A stretch of 62,837 nucleotides of DNA, counting the filler, from Choristocarpus tenellus KU-1152 (Eukaryota > Protista > Phaeophyceae): NCBI GenBank assembly GCA_964200185.2. It is 11 parts of 11 records of this genome, joined end to end, with 100 filler letters (N's around TTAATTAATTAA, not from the genome) between each part and the next. Parts side by side here need not be neighbours in the genome. Positions count along the whole stretch, not along the records: positions 7,457 to 25,886 come from CAXNAD020000554.1; positions 25,987 to 30,292 come from CAXNAD020015196.1; 9 more parts are not named here. One strand, written 5' to 3'. The notes under the pieces were generated by a model. That model made no database searches. It was not told the DNA's origin and saw nothing but the letters and a program-made list of their open reading frames with translations. Shown piece after piece: positions 13,403 through 26,519 of this stretch (its first letter is position 1; each line of letters opens with the position of its first letter). A program made the translations under genes and the position numbers.

Positions 13403-13446
13403 AAAGGATACGAAAGAGGATACGAAAGAGGATACGAAAGAGGATA
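13403..13446. repeat. 12-bp tandem repeat x3-4 (aggatacgaaag)
   Basis: Direct reading. Confidence 0.8.
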
Positions 13447-15452
13447 TCGAGGAGAATACTACGTGGCAGCGGGGTGACCACCATCACACGTTCAGAGCAG
13501 CAGCACTGCCTACATTACTAGCACTGGAAATACGCCCAAAGCTAGGCGCTCTCGCGGGGACCACGGAAATACTGGACCAAAGTGGCAAGCGAAACAAGTA
13601 TCACTTCCGCGCATACGGGTGTTTGGAGAATGGCGAGATGTCCTGCCTTCTCTCTCTTTTAATTTCGATCTCCCCCAGCTTCAAATTCTTCTCCACGGTA
13701 GGACAGGTATCACATATCCCCAACCGATCGAGATGGATGGCCATGTAGGAATGGGGAGAAATAGCCCTTTCTCGTTTTGGCAATATGGTTGCACCATCTA
13801 GAGATGTACAAGGTCGACATGTGGGAAGCACCGCTTCCATGGGTGTGTAATTCAGGAATTTTGCAATCGCAGTGCGGAGAGGGACCACAGCGGAGACGGA
13901 ACTGCTAAAGCGACGAATCTTGGCAGCGTTGAGATGGAGTAAAATGTGAGGAAGAACAGACTTGGACCCATAGCAACTGTTCTCGAATGCTCTTGATAAA
14001 TTTGTGTCACCACTAGCAGTCAAAGATCACGACTTACAGAGCCTAAGGTCAAGGCCTATACTCCGATAGCTTTCGAGACATTGTCACGACCTCGCACTCG
14101 AGAGGAACGTTGAGGCAACTTGGATGTTGAGTATCGCTGCGAAAATACAAGTAACTGGTGTGTGGTGTGGACATTAAAGGAGGATAGTAAAAAAGAAAAC
14201 ACATGCACCTCTCGTGTGCCTGGGTGAAATAGAGGAGTGAGACATGGTGAAGTGCTTACCATTGCAGGAATGTGGTGGAGGGGTGTTAGTATCCTGTTTA
14301 TTGTGATAGGTGATGGTGATTACTGTTCACGATATGCCGCAGTGTTCTTTTTGTTTCTTCTTTGGAGGTGATGTAGTAGGTCTGTATGATAGTGGCCCCA
14401 TATATTGGGGCGTGCCTTTCATCCAAGTGGTATCCTGATAGAGACATACAACTGTGGAGCAATAGTAGTCAAGGTATTCCACAGGAGGTGGAAGCTGGGG
14501 TACTCTTTCACAACCTACTACTTTTGTTCACACTTGTTACCCTACATCCAGATCTTGCAGTGAAGTCCATCTGAATACAGATGGTACGTAACTATGGTGG
14601 GTACCGTCAGAGTACTGTGTCCAAGCAAAAAATGGTGAAAAATAAAAACGCCCCTTCCTTGGTTACACAAAACTTTGTGATAACCACTTCTGCACAGATT
14701 GTGCAGGAAGGAAATGGAAGTGGAGTGATGTGGGAAGGGCAGGGAAAGTATACCCAATTGATGGAGAGGCTGGTGGATCTGAACTGCAGAGTTCGAACAG
14801 AGGTTGGGCTTGTGTCGAACCTCTACAAGCCGTGTGCGTGTGTGGTTCTATATAGAGCACTTTGAGGACATACTGCGCGCGTTGTTAATTAATGTGGATG
14901 TCCTGCTATGAAGTGGCCTCTGCGCATGCCACCCCATTATGGTTGCATGAGGAAATATCCTGGTGCATTGTTTGCAACCATTTCAACCTTATCTACTGAC
15001 TTTTCTTTCCTCTCACTGACTTTTTGAACAATACTGTTTCAATCAGCTAAACACAGCTTCAACTGGGAGGGAGTATGTGAGGACACCATGGGTCGGTCTG
15101 AATGGGTATGACAACAAGGAGTTGCTACAACCATTGCGTCTGGTGAGTCAACCTAGCAGCATGTTAAGTGTGTGTTCACCAACAAGGCATGCATAGTTGA
15201 TTATGAACATTCTTACATCAAATATCAAGTCCTTTGCAATTTACCAGCTCGAACATCCCTTGCACGATGGCATTGCACCACTCTATTCTACACCTTTAGC
15301 CTTTGTCTACTTGTATAATCTGAATATCAGCTATCACTGATAAGTTGTGCATGTTTTAAGAACAATCAAAATTCACTTGTGGTACATGACAGACCTTGAG
15401 AAAGCACTGTGTATTTCCAGAATTGTTGTGGCTTTTCTTTTCCATTCACATA

Positions 15453-17551
15453 TAGGGGGTGTACCTACATAAGAGAGGGTAGGGCCAAGCAAAAACCCCT
15501 CTCTTGTATCCTGATCCTCTCTGATTGTAATTAAGAGTGATTTTATCTTAAAACGAGGGATGATGATAAGATAAACCTATGCTATATTGAGCAACAGTGC
15601 TCGTAGATGCTTTATACTTAACGACGACATAGTGATGCCCTTGCTGTATGTGCTTTCCATGTGCCTTCAAGATTAGTTACATGTAGGTATGTATTTAACA
15701 TTGCCTCGGTGAGCCCATTTCGATGAAGCTGTGGTGGCGCAGCAAGCACCAGATCTACACCACCCCTGCACATTACACCAGTGTCATATGTATAGTACAC
15801 TTTCTCAAGAAAAGCATCAGCAGGTCGTTGGATGGCTGGATGGACAACTAGCAGTTGAAATCAAATCAAAGTTCAAAGTCGATCTCCCTCCGATGTCCTG
15901 CCCTATATATTCAATTGCACTCTACAAGGATATTATGCAGTATAGTATCAAAAACGGTATTGTGGATCAAATGCAGCTGCACCGCCATGCACCCTCCATT
16001 GCACACACTGAGTAAAACAACTTATTCGCTAATGAAAAAATTGTGAAAGCCTGCTTGTTTGACTACCCTTGCGTCGATTGCAGTGAACCAAGCCAGCTTT
16101 ACTTTCTGGAGATAGTATGAAACATTGTTCATGCTACACTCTGCGGCGGTTGTTTTTTAAGTTTGCAAACTCCTCAGCTACTTGAGAATATGCTGGTGGA
16201 GGAATCGAGAACACTGAAGAAGCTACTCCTTTCCTCACGGCCCCCGATGTGCTGCCCCCTCCATAAACCCATGGTCATCCTTGTCATGCGAGCTTTCATT
16301 GTCTGTCTGGTACAAGGATTCCTTGAGCAGCTAGTTTTTCTTGTCTGCTAGTATTGCATTGGATACTTCATCATTGTCTTCCACACCGATCATCCACACT
16401 CTTGCCACGTTGATGTAAGCCTGAGACGGTTTTCTGCCTGGTTTGAGATCCAGAATGTCAAAAGCATCGGAGAGATCCTCTAATGTATAGGGACACCTTG
16501 TGGGACATACCTCTATGAGGAAAATGTCCACCTGTGATACTACGGTACACAGTACAGACATTACAGTACAACAAAAACACGTGCAAAATTTTAACAAAAT
16601 CAATCATGATCCTCATCGGCAGATAGTGCAGAAAGACAATTCAATCACGATCACAATCAACCTACTTTTAAACTTTCAATCCACACCCTGATGCGCCTCG
16701 ACATGTTTGGTACCCCTTGTAGACTTGGCATCAGGCTTCAGCATCTGCACTTTCTCCATGATGGTTCTTGCATCCTCCTTCAACTTGTAGAGGGTGCTGT
16801 GACCTATTCCAAACTTTTGAACAACTGCAGTTCCCATCATGGTCTTCAGGGGTGTGAATGCTTCCACCTTCTCTGCAAAGCTCAAGCGTTTACGGTTGTT
16901 GGCACCGTGAGGCTTGCAGGATGCGTCTTTCTCTGTATATTTATTTGGCAACACCTTCCCCTTGCCCTTGTTCTTGATACCATGGCACTTCGACGCCGTG
17001 TTATTACCAGCGGGAGGACTCAAAGCCTTGCGCTTGGTGGGGGCTCACACACAATTTGCACACGCATTTCATTTTGTTGGCGCCAAAAGGATCCACGATG
17101 CTGCAAATGCCATGAAGATAGCCCCTATAAACGTGACAATTATGGCATGAATAGTTTGACGAACCAGGAGCATTACCATGTATATTGCAGCTGGATCCCG
17201 CTGCGCAGGGCATTGTTATATCTGTACAATGCAGTCTAAACTTGATGAGATACACTGTATGTTCTGTAGCGTGCAGTACTGAGAGACAAAAGACTGGTAT
17301 GATGTGTCCTCTTGGTCCCGAGCAGCTTTTTGCCTTACTTTGTTATATTTTGCTTAACTTTAGACATGGCTTGTTGGGAAACCCCTCGGTCAAGTAGTGA
17401 AAAAAATGCAAGTTTGCTCAATTTAAGAGAGAATTGACAAGAAAAGGCCGAAACCGCTCTTATAGTCTGAAAAGTCGTAACATGGCAATTTAACCTCTCT
17501 TATATCCTGTTTTCTCTTATGTTGACCTCTCTTACCTAGGTACACCCACTA
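15453..17551 (-). mobile_element. Internally deleted pogo/Tigger-like (Tc1/mariner superfamily) DNA transposon
   Basis: Imperfect TIRs tagggggtgtacctacataagagagg (15453) and cctctcttacctaggtacacccacta (ends 17551); TA on the left flank; encloses transposase N- and C-terminal fragments. Confidence 0.75.
16022..17023 (-). pseudogene. pogo-family transposase remnant (CENP-B/psq-type HTH plus C-terminus, DDE domain missing)
   Basis: RKRLSFAEKVEAF...VVQKFGIGHSTLYKLKED is a CENP-B N-terminal HTH pattern; C-terminus PPPAYSQVAEEF...YYLQKVKLAW...KQAGFHNFF ends in a PIP-box-like motif typical of pogo; stops and frameshifts present. Confidence 0.75.
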
Positions 17552-17914
17552 AAATTGTTTTTGTCATTAGAGTTGTAATTTTTCATTTTTGGTGCAAGCA
17601 CGAGTAGATAAAAACAGTGACATGATCATTGGTTTTCTTGTCAGGATTGACCCTAACCCAAAATCCTCTATGTAATCAATCATACTTCCACCCAGACATA
17701 ACCCATCTTGCTGCTAAGAACAGAAGCAGGTATGCCAATGTACTAGTGCCCCTTGCTAGGATGAGCTAGGATAGATGCAGTGTGGTAAGGTAGGTTCAGC
17801 AGATGTGCGACGGTGAGTGTACTGTCAAAAAATGTGATGTGCTAACATTACTATTGAGTAGACCTGGAGTAAAGCAGCTGCATCTTGTTTCATCTACTGC
17901 ATGGTTGTTCAAGC

Positions 17915-18300
17915 CATGATCAGTGTATTTGGACCGGGTGTGGACTGTATCTTTTCCCACCAACACCTCCAGATCCTTATCTGACCTCTGGATTGCTATT
18001 AGAAGAACGTGTATGCCATCTTTCTTGCATCCTTAACCTTGGTTTTACCCTTGTTTCCTTGCTGATGTTTGTACAGTACTGTTGTCAAGTGCAGTGGCCC
18101 AGTCTGTGGTTCAGTCAAGTGCTCCAGCCTCTTCTGTCTCGCCTTGTCTCTTCTGCCAGGATCTATTGTGGTGAGGGCAGGAAAAAAGAGACAACGGGGT
18201 GGGGACGGGGAGGGGCTCTCAGCCTGGTTGTACAGTTGAAGTTGAACAAACAAGATGGATTTGTTGTGTCCTCTACTAGGTCTCATGTCCTCACGACAAA
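17915..18300 (-). pseudogene. Possible decayed tyrosine-recombinase catalytic domain
   Basis: H(E)T, LFFP, KDARKMAYT, then after a frameshift LVGKDTVHTRSKY with R-to-G/K-to-Y spacing like XerD/Cre. Confidence 0.3.
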
Positions 18301-18671
18301 TGGAAACACAAACCATGAGTGTAGGTGGAGCTTGGCCACGACAATGTTGGCACTCCATAAGAGTGTGCTGACTCATCACAAAGAAGATGATGTAGAGTAT
18401 GCTTTATTGATTTACAGGCAAGAGTGATTCACTACGTGCATAACGAGGGGGTTGTCTTATCCTCCTTCATCATCCTAGCAAACAATCTTAGAAGTTACGA
18501 TATCCTATATTTCCAAAAAAGTTACTCGAATGTGATGATATTTGAATAGCACAACGATATCCTATTATTCCTATCCATCACTCACGACCCGCTTCGGGCA
18601 CACTATCTTGCTCTATAGACACTTATTAGTTCATGTACACTAATAGCAACATTGGGTGTGTAAGTACTACA

Positions 18672-19390
18672 ACTTTGCTGGAGTACCACGTGGATGATCT
18701 AGAGCTGCATCAAACAACTCTGGATGCCAGGGAACAGGATCTGTCGGCATAAGAAGCTGACCTCCAAGCACAGGAGTAGACGCTGCAGGGGTAAGCCGAT
18801 TGTTTGTTACACTGACAAGTGACTCCGGCACTTTTAAAGATCATTTGTCATGAGGTTCAGATATAAACCAAGAACAAGAATACTTGTTTCGTTTTGATTT
18901 TGTTTTCTATGTTCTTAACATCAACATCACCTAGAGGAATAAATTGCTACAGAGAAAGTTATTGTGTGTGCAAGTAACTCACTACAGTACTCTCAAACCC
19001 ACTTAGTTACCCTAAAAAGAAAAAAATCAATGATCATACCACATGCATCAGATGGTGCTCTACAGGAACACCTTATATTGTACAGTAGTAGTGTGGTCGT
19101 AGAGTACCCCTTACTGTATGCAGGATGACACCAATGGTGCATGAGTCCATTGCACCCTAAACATAGTAAGTATTCTTATGCTTGGTATCTACCTGGACCT
19201 CATGACAAAACGATTTTCAAAACACCAGCAGTCTCTGTCAGTGTAACAAACAATTCGTGCACATGCTTACCCCTGCACCATCCACTCCCTTGCTTGGAGG
19301 TCAGCTTCCCATGTGGACAGGTCCTGGTCCCTGGCATCCAAAGTTGCTTGATGCAACTCTAGATCAGCACGTGTTACTGGAATAAAGTCA
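18672..19390. repeat. Inverted duplication (arms ~18672-18885 and ~19166-19390) of an exon end plus intron start
   Basis: tgatctagagctgcatcaaacaactctggatgccaggg...gctgacctccaagca...tgcaggggtaagc is mirrored on the minus strand. Confidence 0.8.
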
Positions 19391-21189
19391 GGCTCTTGTC
19401 AAGAACGATTAGGATGTATCAACATTTGTGAAGTCCCCGATACCCCCCACCCATAACAAAACAGAGCAAAAACAAGAAATAAGGAAAGGAACTAACAAAA
19501 TTGATAAGGGAACGGTACAGAAGGGAAGGACACTGAGTAACTCACAAGGTTGGCACGTGGACACATTCAAGTGGTAATTGGTAAGTGTTGGGTGTTTTCA
19601 CCTTTGGCTGTAATCTATAATGTAACACTTAAAACACCTGTCCCCACTCATGCGTGTCACCTCATACACAAGGAGCCTGTTGCTGTTGTCATCTAACATA
19701 GACCAGTGTGTTGGCTCAACTTCCTGTCCTGAACCTGTTAACCCTTGCCTCCAGTGGCATCCCTGCAATCACACCACACGTCAGTACTTTCCCTGAACAA
19801 AAGCATTGTGTATAATGAGAGAAAGCATGTACATGCACCCAACACAAATACATTATGGTATAAAGTGGTTTTTAGCAACATTGCTAGTGTAACAGTCGTA
19901 CAATTGCTACAAAATGATTGAAAACTGTTGCATACAAGAAAGTTGCAAGTTGAAACGAGCAACTGATAAATGCAAAAGACGAACTAAAGGTGAAGTTATC
20001 ACTGGTAGTTTCAAGACGTGCACCACATTTCTAGTTTTCATTATGTAATAAGGGCAGCCATAAGACCCTCTCGCCTTCTTCCATGCTGGGAAGATGGCCA
20101 CTCCCTCCCCCCCCTTCATTTCCTTCGTTGCTCTCTTCCTCCTCTTTTGAGGGAACAGGCAATATGAAGGAGATGATGCCAGTGCTGGAACCTGCAGCAG
20201 TACCAGAGGTGAAAGAAACAGCAGTGGAGCTCTCCAGCATGTCTTCCTGTTCCCTCTCTAAACCTGCTTTTGGAGGAGGGCTCTTTTAGGCTCCTGTATC
20301 ACTCAAGCATTGAAGAAACCTCTCTTTACATGGCGCTTTTACATTCCACTCTTCATTTTGATCAACTTAGGTTGGTCTTCAATGTCCCTAATCAGAATAA
20401 AACCACCCCCTCCCCCTTCAATTTCCAACAAAAATTGGAAATTTCTCAGGCACTCTTGTTATCCACCAACACACAGATACCTTCATGTCCTTCCAATCGA
20501 TTCAGATGATGGAGGTGACGTGTTTGGTCCACAAGACTCACGATATAGCATTGCTGCCCAACCAGTCCCCTGTTACAGCTAGCTACCTTGGACCTTGCAC
20601 TCTGGAGAGGGGATACCTTGATCCACACAATGTTGAAGGCTTCGCATAGGGGCAGATTTGAGGGTGGTTGACCATGTTGTGGGCTTATGGTCTACGGTCC
20701 TCATCTATCTCTCAGAAGTGGTTGGCTGCTGCTTTTGTTGCTCATTAAAGATATCTCGAGTGGAGTTGTACTGAGGTAGCATTTCTGTACATGGCGGATT
20801 ATTGATCTATCCCCAGCGCACGATTCACCACTTACATTGTGTCTAGTGGCCTTGTAGTGAGATAGCCTCACTCTTACTACCCACTGTGAATCAACCAACC
20901 CCATGCACGTTATCCAGTTTTTTGCTCACTCTCCAGTCCCTTTCACTCATCTGATCTGGGCACGTTCTGAGGACATAGGCATATAGGATATTTATGTGTG
21001 TGTGTTTGTATTGGTAGGAAAAGAAGAAAAATACGCTATCTATTTTGTGTTATGGTCAACACGGTTCTCGCGTGGAAGAGTGAAACATGGCACAGCTCAC
21101 CTTCATTCAATTCAGGGATTGACAATGACTCTACCTATTCATACCTGTGTTTATCTGTTCTACTTAATCTGGGAACTGTCCAGACCTAC

Positions 21190-21800
21190 CAGTGTGAAGC
21201 ATTTTCAAAGGCAATACAGATTGCAGTATTCCCATACTACTATGACAACTGGCTCTTGCACTATGACTCACTGTACTTTATTCCTTCCTGCCTTGCTTCT
21301 TGCGTGTTGGGTTCAACCATCCCATCACCCATTCCTCCGTCTACTCCGTCAATATTTTGGTGGAACTGCTTGCATGTCTTTGGGCAATGAAGCCTTGCCA
21401 CCTTTTTCTTGCTCTGGCATTTTTGTTGTATAGCAATAGATGGGATGATGAACTTTGGATATTTGAACCCTGTGAATTCCATGAAAGTAAGTCTGGAGTT
21501 GATGGGGTTCCAACCTGCGAAATTCATGGAGGAACAGACTCCAGTGTGATCTGAGCCACGAGGACCTACCCTAGATAGTTGTAACCACCCATGGCAGAAC
21601 AGGGACAGTTCTGTATTTTCTTTGGGGGTCCATACATAATTGCACATCCAGAGGGCATGTGTAGATCAAATTAGGGGCGCTTTGCCTATCCCCAAAGAGG
21701 TGATTCCTGTCTGATTCAAGAGGTTTTCTCCACCCTTTCATAGAGGCCACCAATGTCTTATCAGGGTACCCTTTTTGTGTCTGCATGAACAGCACTTGCA
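21190..21800 (-). mobile_element. Possible piggyBac-like transposase remnant
   Basis: HCPKTCKQFHQNIDGVD resembles P....YN..MGGVD; downstream IAFENA; upstream PLESDRNHLFGD. Confidence 0.35.
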
Positions 21801-24800
21801 TGACACGAAGAGGTTGGAAACTGTGCCAACATGGACATGTTGAAGCAGTGCTAATAGTACCTTAGGAGCACTGGTCTGGTTGGAAGTACGTCAAATCCAC
21901 AGGAAGGAAAGAACAGTTGACTCAGAAGGAAAACCTGAAGTCTGCATGGGTATGATGTACTTTGAATATGACATAGGAAAGTGCAGTGTTATGATGAAGA
22001 TTCTTCTATGACTTTGTCGAGCAATTCATTTGCTTCTTGATGTTTTTTGGCTGACATGACTGTATTGTCTTCACAAATACATCAGCGTTCCTAGGATTGC
22101 ATCAAGTTGCAATAAAAAATCTCATTACCTCGATTATAGAGTAGTGTGCTGTAATGGTATAGCGTTAGGGCATCAGGGCCTCCATGGCAAGGCTGAGAGG
22201 TGAGGATGTTCAATGTTTGGTTGTTGGTATGACAACGCAACAGATCTCTATGGTTTTACAAGAGATTGGGTATGGGTAACAGTGAGGATATTACTATATT
22301 GTTCTTTGACAGCCTTGTAAGCATTTCAGCAACTTCAGGTCAATATGTTACTGCCCACTATTAGGTACATAATACTAGACAGATGTTTTCTCATACATAT
22401 ATTATATATTATATATATATGTATGTGGAGTACAAACTAAATGTGCTTCTGTTTTTGTAGGAAGGATAGAATCTCTTGCAGGGTCACGCCTGTTCAAGAG
22501 AGGGGTCTCTTCTGCTTGTCTCCATTCAGTTCACATGTTGATATATGTACTATGGAGTACTTCGTAGTATCTTCCTGCTTACCCCAAGGGGTAGATAACT
22601 CTAGTACAGTATACCTCGTGTATTGTTAGAATCTCCATGATGATAATTGGATTGCAAGGTTCAAGAATGGGTGTTTTCTTTCCCTTTTGAGTGCCTATGC
22701 AACATTCCCATACCAATGGCACCGACACTACTCAAAGCATATATGATGAATAAAATAACCTCAGTTTACATTCTGGAGTTGATTGAGGCTGGGAGATGTA
22801 TATTGCTTGTGTAGAACCAAACCAAGTAAAGATAGAAACTGCCACTTTTCCACTTCTTTGTATGGTTTTCTTTACACATTTGACTCTTCCATGGGTAGGA
22901 GCCTCTTTCATGTTGATTATTCGTGGCCCAGCTCTATTGTTCTAATAGTGCTCCTGAAATTACATTTTTGACCCTTGCTCAGACATTTATATCTAGAGAT
23001 TCTACACCTGGCTTGAATTGCTTTCGGATGTCAAGAGAACACTTTCATTGATCCAATACTGCAGTTGTTTTGAAATCCTTTCTTGTTCCTGGTATATGGC
23101 AGATGATGGCATAAGCAAGGGTAGTGAGTTAAAATATTTAGAAATTAGATTGGAGATACGTAATTTTGTCATGGTTCCATGCATTATATCCTCATTGCCT
23201 GGGTGGGCTGGTAACCAAAGGGGGGCTATAGGGTACTGCAGTGCGTCTGGTTTGAGCCCTACACCCTGTAACATGTTTGCTCGCTCCCAAAGATCGTGGC
23301 GCTTTACTAAGAAGATAATGACGTAGAATGTGCTTTTTTAAGTTTACAGCAAAGAGATGAGTGAGACCTATCCATATGGGGGTGGCTGGTTTCTAGTCTC
23401 CACAATCACTAGTCTACCGTCTTACACACATTATCTTGTTACGTACATAATTAATACTTCACACGTACTAATAACAACATTTGATGTGTACAGTACTTCA
23501 AAGCATCTCCTTATTATGCGGACATTGTGATCCAATCGACTTGTACAACTTTGTGTCAAAACCCCTTCCAATTCCTATAGCCGTAAGGGCACGCCTCATC
23601 CCGGCCTCTTGCCTGACTCCTCCTCACCAGATTGTTCAAGACGACCAAGCCATTTGTAGAACAATATTATATTACAAGTAGTGTCTGGTACAGGTTTCTG
23701 GACATTTTGGGCTTGATATACATTTGATAGGGTTGTGAAAATATAACAGTTGAATCCAACCACTGCAATTAATCCGATCAAAGAATCATCTGCATCATGG
23801 AACCATTTCAATTTTTTTGGTCATATCCTTACACACGGTGGCAATAATTCATGTCATTGGAACGAAGTGAACATACTGTGTATGTTCGACTCTAATCCCT
23901 TCGATGCAGCAGGAACAGAATAGAGCTCTTCTGAGTGAAATAATGAAAAAAAGGGCTAGACTGAAATTGTATCTGGTACACAACAACCCAAACATATTAT
24001 ACAAGCGTCTGAGATACAGATCCCTAATTAGAAATTGACATAGTTCGTGAGATGACGTGTAATTGATACTCCTTGACACGAAATTGAGATTTCAGGATGG
24101 GCGACTCTTTCTAACAACCCATGTGACAATCATCCGCCATAACCTGCACATACATACCACTCCAAAAGTCTCTGAAGTATGCAGGTGCCAGCTGTCACAC
24201 TCATGTCATCGCACCAATGACTCAATGGGTCACTCCACGTCTATCCTCCACAAATATGCTTGCCATGGTGCCATTCTACTGGAGGGAAGGTTTTGTCCAA
24301 TACTTGGTGCATCCATGCACTGGTGATCATATGGCTGCCCCCAATGGTTTGAGTTAGGCTTCCCTTCAAAATGATGACCTCTCTCTACTGGAGTGGGTCG
24401 TGAGTCACAACTCTGAGTCCCCTCCTTGGGACCATACAAAGATGCATTCATACGATATGATGTGGAAACTGGGAGGTGATGTATGACTGTCAGATGATGA
24501 GAGTTCCTCTGCGTAACATATTTCATAGATTTTTCTACATTGAAAAAGGGAGATGCGATGAAATTTATCCCGTTGTAAGACTCATGTTCATTCTGGGCTA
24601 ACCCAGCTCATTCTCAGGTGATGTGTCATTGTTTATGTAATTAATCCACAAAACCTCAGTTGCCGTGTACTCTACCATATCATGCTCGAGAGAACTCTGG
24701 GAGCACTGCAAGCTCCCGGACTCCCAACAATGCCACTACACGTGTAGAAAACCTCTGCTACCCCACACATATAGATGCTTAAGTTAGGCAAGACTGCCAT

Positions 24801-24971
24801 ACCAGGCAGCACATGATGTACCTTCGTGCAGGCTGGATGTTGCGACACAATTACTCGGATAGGCAGGTGCAGCAAACGCCTCTGACCACAAGATTTGTGG
24901 AGATTGGATTTCGACACTATTCAGTGTATCATTGCCTTAACTGTACTCTGACCATGTCTCACAGGTCCATT

Positions 24972-25202
24972 GAGTGAAAGTATCTTAGAGGGTATGTTTG
25001 TCCATTTGGATCTTGGCTTCCCATGGGTTTTTTAATGACATTTTCCTACTCCAAAATGTTTTGGAGTGTGTAAAATGTGTATGCTATTAGAAGGTGTGTC
25101 CAGAACATCGACATTGACACTTCCTAACACNNNNNNNNNNTTGCAACATTGGACTTTGGCCCCCAAATGGACGCGGCTGTACCCTCTAAGATACTTTGGC
25201 TC
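24972..25202. mobile_element. MITE family B (spans a 10-N gap)
   Basis: gagtgaaagtatcttagagggta ... taccctctaagatactttggctc. Confidence 0.85.
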
Positions 25203-25440
25203 ACTCGTACTTGTCTTGAAGAGACTGACAGCTCCCATGTTGTTCACATATGGTGTCCGTGTGTGGCGAAATTGTCTCAGTAGTGTGTATGGTACCCCCT
25301 CACAATTGATAGCAAGGGTGGCATATAGTTTCTCATTAAATTCATACTGTGGCGCGTGTTCACAGTATAAGGCGAACATTTTTGGTTCCTTGAGGGCGAG
25401 TACAAGATCAAAAATTTATTGTGAAACCTCTCACAGTTTA
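25203..25440 (-). mobile_element. Copia-like gag fragment
   Basis: NEKLYATLAINCEGVPYTLLRQFRH resembles Copia gag helices; abuts a MITE. Confidence 0.35.
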
Positions 25441-25629
25441 CTTTGGATACATCAAATTTAGGGTAGGTAACCCCATCTCAGCCATTATTGGTGGTCCTGG
25501 CTGTGTGTGTCTGCTGCATCACCCATGATGCTGCTGGCGGCTTCAACTATATACCCACAGATTGTGTACCCTTTCACAGTGGTGCACATCCTTGTATGGT
25601 GGGTGTATAGTCCTCTCTTCTCGTTTAGA

Positions 25630-25812
25630 TACTCCCTATGTCCCATAGGTCTGGACCATTAAGTTGTAGCTCTTAGGGATGGCTTCCAATTACAAAATGA
25701 ACTTTTGCGTTGGTTTTCTTGTAATATTTTACACTATAAAAAATTCATAGAATTCTACAAATAATTATGTTTCTGAAATGGTTCCGAAAGAATGGAACAC
25801 AGAATGGGGCAT
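25630..25812. mobile_element. Stowaway-like MITE (family C)
   Basis: TA+CTCCCTATGTCCCA terminus resembles the Stowaway CTCCCTCCGT consensus; homologous to 5721-5925 and 6588-6686. Confidence 0.6.
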
Positions 25813-25814
25813 AT

Positions 25815-25886
25815 GAGTGAAAGTATCTTAGAGGGTACGAATTTTGCCCTGTTTGTCCATTTAGGGCTTGGCTTCCCATGGGTGTT
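25815..25886. mobile_element. MITE family B, cut by contig end
   Basis: gagtgaaagtatcttagagggtacg... Confidence 0.8.
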
Positions 25887-25986
25887 NNNNNNNNNNNNNN
25901 NNNNNNNNNNNNNNNNNNNNNNNNNNNNNNTTAATTAATTAANNNNNNNNNNNNNNNNNNNNNNNNNNNNNNNNNNNNNNNNNNNN
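25887..25986. other. Artificial contig spacer
   Basis: Same 100-nt spacer. Confidence 0.95.
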
Positions 25987-26519
25987 GAGGCTTTGATTCC
26001 GCATGTGAAGGGGGGGGAGGGGGGGAGTATGATGGAAGATGAATGATTGAACTAAGCCCTCTGATTTTGCATGCACAATGGTGGCAGGGACTTGAAGGGT
26101 TTTGAGAAGAAAATGGACCCAATGCTTGATCTTGGTTTGTGATATCTTGGGCCCTGTTATCAGAGTTAAAGAGCTGAGCTTGGTTTCTTCCCCCTTCTCC
26201 ACATCTCCATCCATTCAGTGTGGGACTCTCTCACCTGTGATGAGGTTGTAGGGTGTACTGTAGTAGGTATTGATTACTGAATGCTTTTGTGCATGTGAGT
26301 CTTTGTGACTCTCTCAGGGAGTTTTGTGTGATTATTATTCAGCTGGAGGTGGAGGAAGAGACCAATGGCTGGCCTGATCGTGCAACTGCAGTCAAGGCTG
26401 AGTTTTCATTGGGGTATTGATGTTTTGCCTGTTATTTTTGATGTGTGTTTGTTATTATATGGTTGTTTGTGTCTAGGGTTTGGGGGCACTTTTTGTGGTT
26501 TTTGTGGAAGGGTGTTATC

